Source: Pyrobaculum calidifontis JCM 11548 (lineage in GTDB: Archaea; Thermoproteota; Thermoprotei; Thermoproteales; Thermoproteaceae). Taken from it: a stretch of 32,000 nucleotides of DNA. Positions 30,678-32,000 of the stretch are shown piece by piece. Numbering within the stretch: position 1 is the first letter of the stretch; each line of letters begins with the position of its first letter. Both the position numbers and the translations under genes were made by a program. The notes beneath the pieces are model-generated. The model ran no database searches, had not been told where the DNA came from, and saw only the letters and a list, made by a program, of their open reading frames with translations. Where the stretch lies: assembly GCF_000015805.1 (NCBI RefSeq), contig NC_009073.1, positions 1,770,001 through 1,802,000 on the forward strand. The letters run 5' to 3'.

Positions 30678-31835
30678 ATGGCCAAGCTGGCCCTCTTCGT
30701 GGCGGTGGCCCTCCACATGGTGGGCTTCGGCGCTGTGATCCCAGTCATGCCCACCTTGGTCAAGTCTCTGGGTGGAGATGCTGTGGTGCAGGGGCTTTTG
30801 ACCTCCGTATTTACCCTCGCCCAGCTCGCCTCTGCGCCTCTGTGGGGCTGGGTGTCCGACAGAGTGGGCAGGCGGGTCATCATCGCCGCCGGCCTCGGCC
30901 TAGCGGCCCTGGGTCACGCCGGCCTCTACCTCGCGAGAGACCTCCCCACAGCCTTCGTGGCAAGGGCCATCGCCGGCCTCGGCGGAGGGACGCTTCCAGC
31001 AATACAAGCCGCCGTGTTGGAGCTCAGCCGCCCAGAGGAGAGGGCCGCCTCCATGGCCCTATTCGGCATGGCCTTCGGCGTGGGGTTCGTCCTAGGGCCA
31101 CTAATTGGGGGCGTGGTGGCCGTTCTATCTCCACGGGGCCCATTCCTCACGGCGGCCCTCCTCTCAGCCACGGCTGCGCTGTGGACAGCCGCTGTTTATA
31201 GGTCCCCAGCAAGTCCGCCGGTGCCCAAGGCAGGTGGGGGCGGCGGCGAAGTGGTGGTGCTGGTCGCCGCGGCGTTTTTCCTCATGAATATGTCGTTTAG
31301 CCAGTTCGAGTCCATCGTGTCCTACTACGGGAGCGACTTGGGCCTAACGCCGGCTTACATAGGCCTCATGATGGCCTTCGCGGGAGTAGCCGCGGGCGGC
31401 GCGCAGTGGGCTGTGAGGAGGCTGGAGAGGGGAGGCTCCGTTGGCAGAGGCATATCCGTGGGGCTGGCCGCCATGGCGAGCGGCCTGCTGGCCGTGGCTG
31501 TGCCAGCTGTCCCAGCCCTCTTCGTAGGCGTGGCTGTGGCGTCTGCTGGGCAGATCATAGCCTCTGCCTTTATCTCCAAGGCTGTGGCAGAGGGGGCAGA
31601 GAAGGTGGGCCTAGCCTTTGGGGTCATGCAGACTGCGGGGTCGCTGGGGAGGCTCGTGGGCCCCGCGGCTGGGGGCTACTTGTACAAGGCGTTGAGCCCC
31701 TCGGCGCCCTTCCTCGCCGCCGCGGCGCTGGCTGTCTTAACTCTGGCCCTCTTCGCGTATGGCGTACGTAATTCCCCGGTTGGGACACGCCTTGGCGGCT
31801 CTCTTCACGTTTTCCAAGAGGCTCATCGGCACTAG
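30678..31835 (+). CDS. major facilitator superfamily transporter, substrate unknown
   Basis: 385 aa, about 12 TM. MFS motif A GWVSDRVGRRVII. TATA-like TTTTTAACA at 30652-30660, 18-26 nt upstream of the ATG. Confidence 0.85.
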   Translation: MAKLALFVAVALHMVGFGAVIPVMPTLVKSLGGDAVVQGLLTSVFTLAQLASAPLWGWVSDRVGRRVIIAAGLGLAALGHAGLYLARDLPTAFVARAIAGLGGGTLPAIQAAVLELSRPEERAASMALFGMAFGVGFVLGPLIGGVVAVLSPRGPFLTAALLSATAALWTAAVYRSPASPPVPKAGGGGGEVVVLVAAAFFLMNMSFSQFESIVSYYGSDLGLTPAYIGLMMAFAGVAAGGAQWAVRRLERGGSVGRGISVGLAAMASGLLAVAVPAVPALFVGVAVASAGQIIASAFISKAVAEGAEKVGLAFGVMQTAGSLGRLVGPAAGGYLYKALSPSAPFLAAAALAVLTLALFAYGVRNSPVGTRLGGSLHVFQEAHRH

Positions 31836-31967
31836 CCCCCTCTCTAAGTCTCCGTCTACTCTAAACTCTGGCCTAACGGCGCTGTACCCGCCCTCAAGGG
31901 CGAAGACGGGCCCAACACACAAGCCGCAGCCCGTGCAAAGCCACCTGTCCACTCTCACAATAATCAT
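31737..31967 (-). CDS. small single-cluster ferredoxin
   Basis: 76 aa with CTGCGLC...ACP, the pattern of small [4Fe-4S]/[3Fe-4S] ferredoxins. TTTAAAAG at 31987-31994 lies 20-27 nt upstream of the ATG. Confidence 0.65.
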   Translation of the reverse strand: MIIVRVDRWLCTGCGLCVGPVFALEGGYSAVRPEFRVDGDLERGLVPMSLLENVKRAAKACPNRGITYAIREEGQS

Positions 31968-32000
31968 GTTTGCGTGTGGACGTTGCTTTAAAAGAGTTAT

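Noticed and set aside
1-32000. Search for CRISPR arrays, tRNA/rRNA genes, IS elements, integrases and toxin-antitoxin or defence genes.
   Set aside because: I saw no repeat-spacer periodicity, no cloverleaf-like or rRNA-like conserved segments, no transposase or integrase-like ORFs and no terminal inverted repeats flanking gene blocks. Respiratory genes and their regulators account for the window.

Overview
This window is a GC-rich, tightly packed archaeal locus with leaderless-type promoters. It looks like a Pyrobaculum/Thermoproteales-type denitrification island; that assignment is my inference from gene content and promoter geometry. Essentially every step of nitrate-to-N2 respiration is encoded. 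On the minus strand there is a Tat-exported nitrate reductase (narG, narH, a heme-b gamma-like subunit and a coupled polytopic membrane protein) followed by a quinol-type NO reductase. narJ is divergent on the plus strand. Next comes a bc1-like operon (membrane-anchored cytochrome c, Rieske, cytochrome b, two small membrane subunits), then ccmF, a hemerythrin-like protein and several unknown membrane proteins. After these come a second anchored cytochrome c, a NirS-family heme-d1 propeller with no heme-c domain, heme O synthase and two tandem NnrS-like membrane proteins. The nos cluster follows (nosZ, nosL, a membrane ORF, nosD, nosF, nosY), then an MFS transporter and a small ferredoxin. I found no tRNA, rRNA, CRISPR array or mobile element. 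There are two main non-obvious signals. (1) A 17-bp palindrome, GGTTAA-N5-TTAACC, occurs four times, only in promoters, with its dyad centre a constant 42-43 nt (39 nt for narJ) upstream of six start codons: nor, narJ, cytochrome c, nirS-like, heme O synthase and nosZ. (2) Three paralogous small regulators, each with an N-terminal Cys/His domain and a C-terminal HTH, plus a fourth HTH protein with a CX6CX3CX2C cluster, are interleaved with those targets. Together these look like an undescribed archaeal denitrification regulon (sensor regulators plus operator). Other points of interest are a perfect 19-bp inverted repeat carrying the bc1 promoter, further palindromes at the narG and nosZ/regulator intergenic regions, and a split (d1-only, Tat-signal) nitrite reductase.
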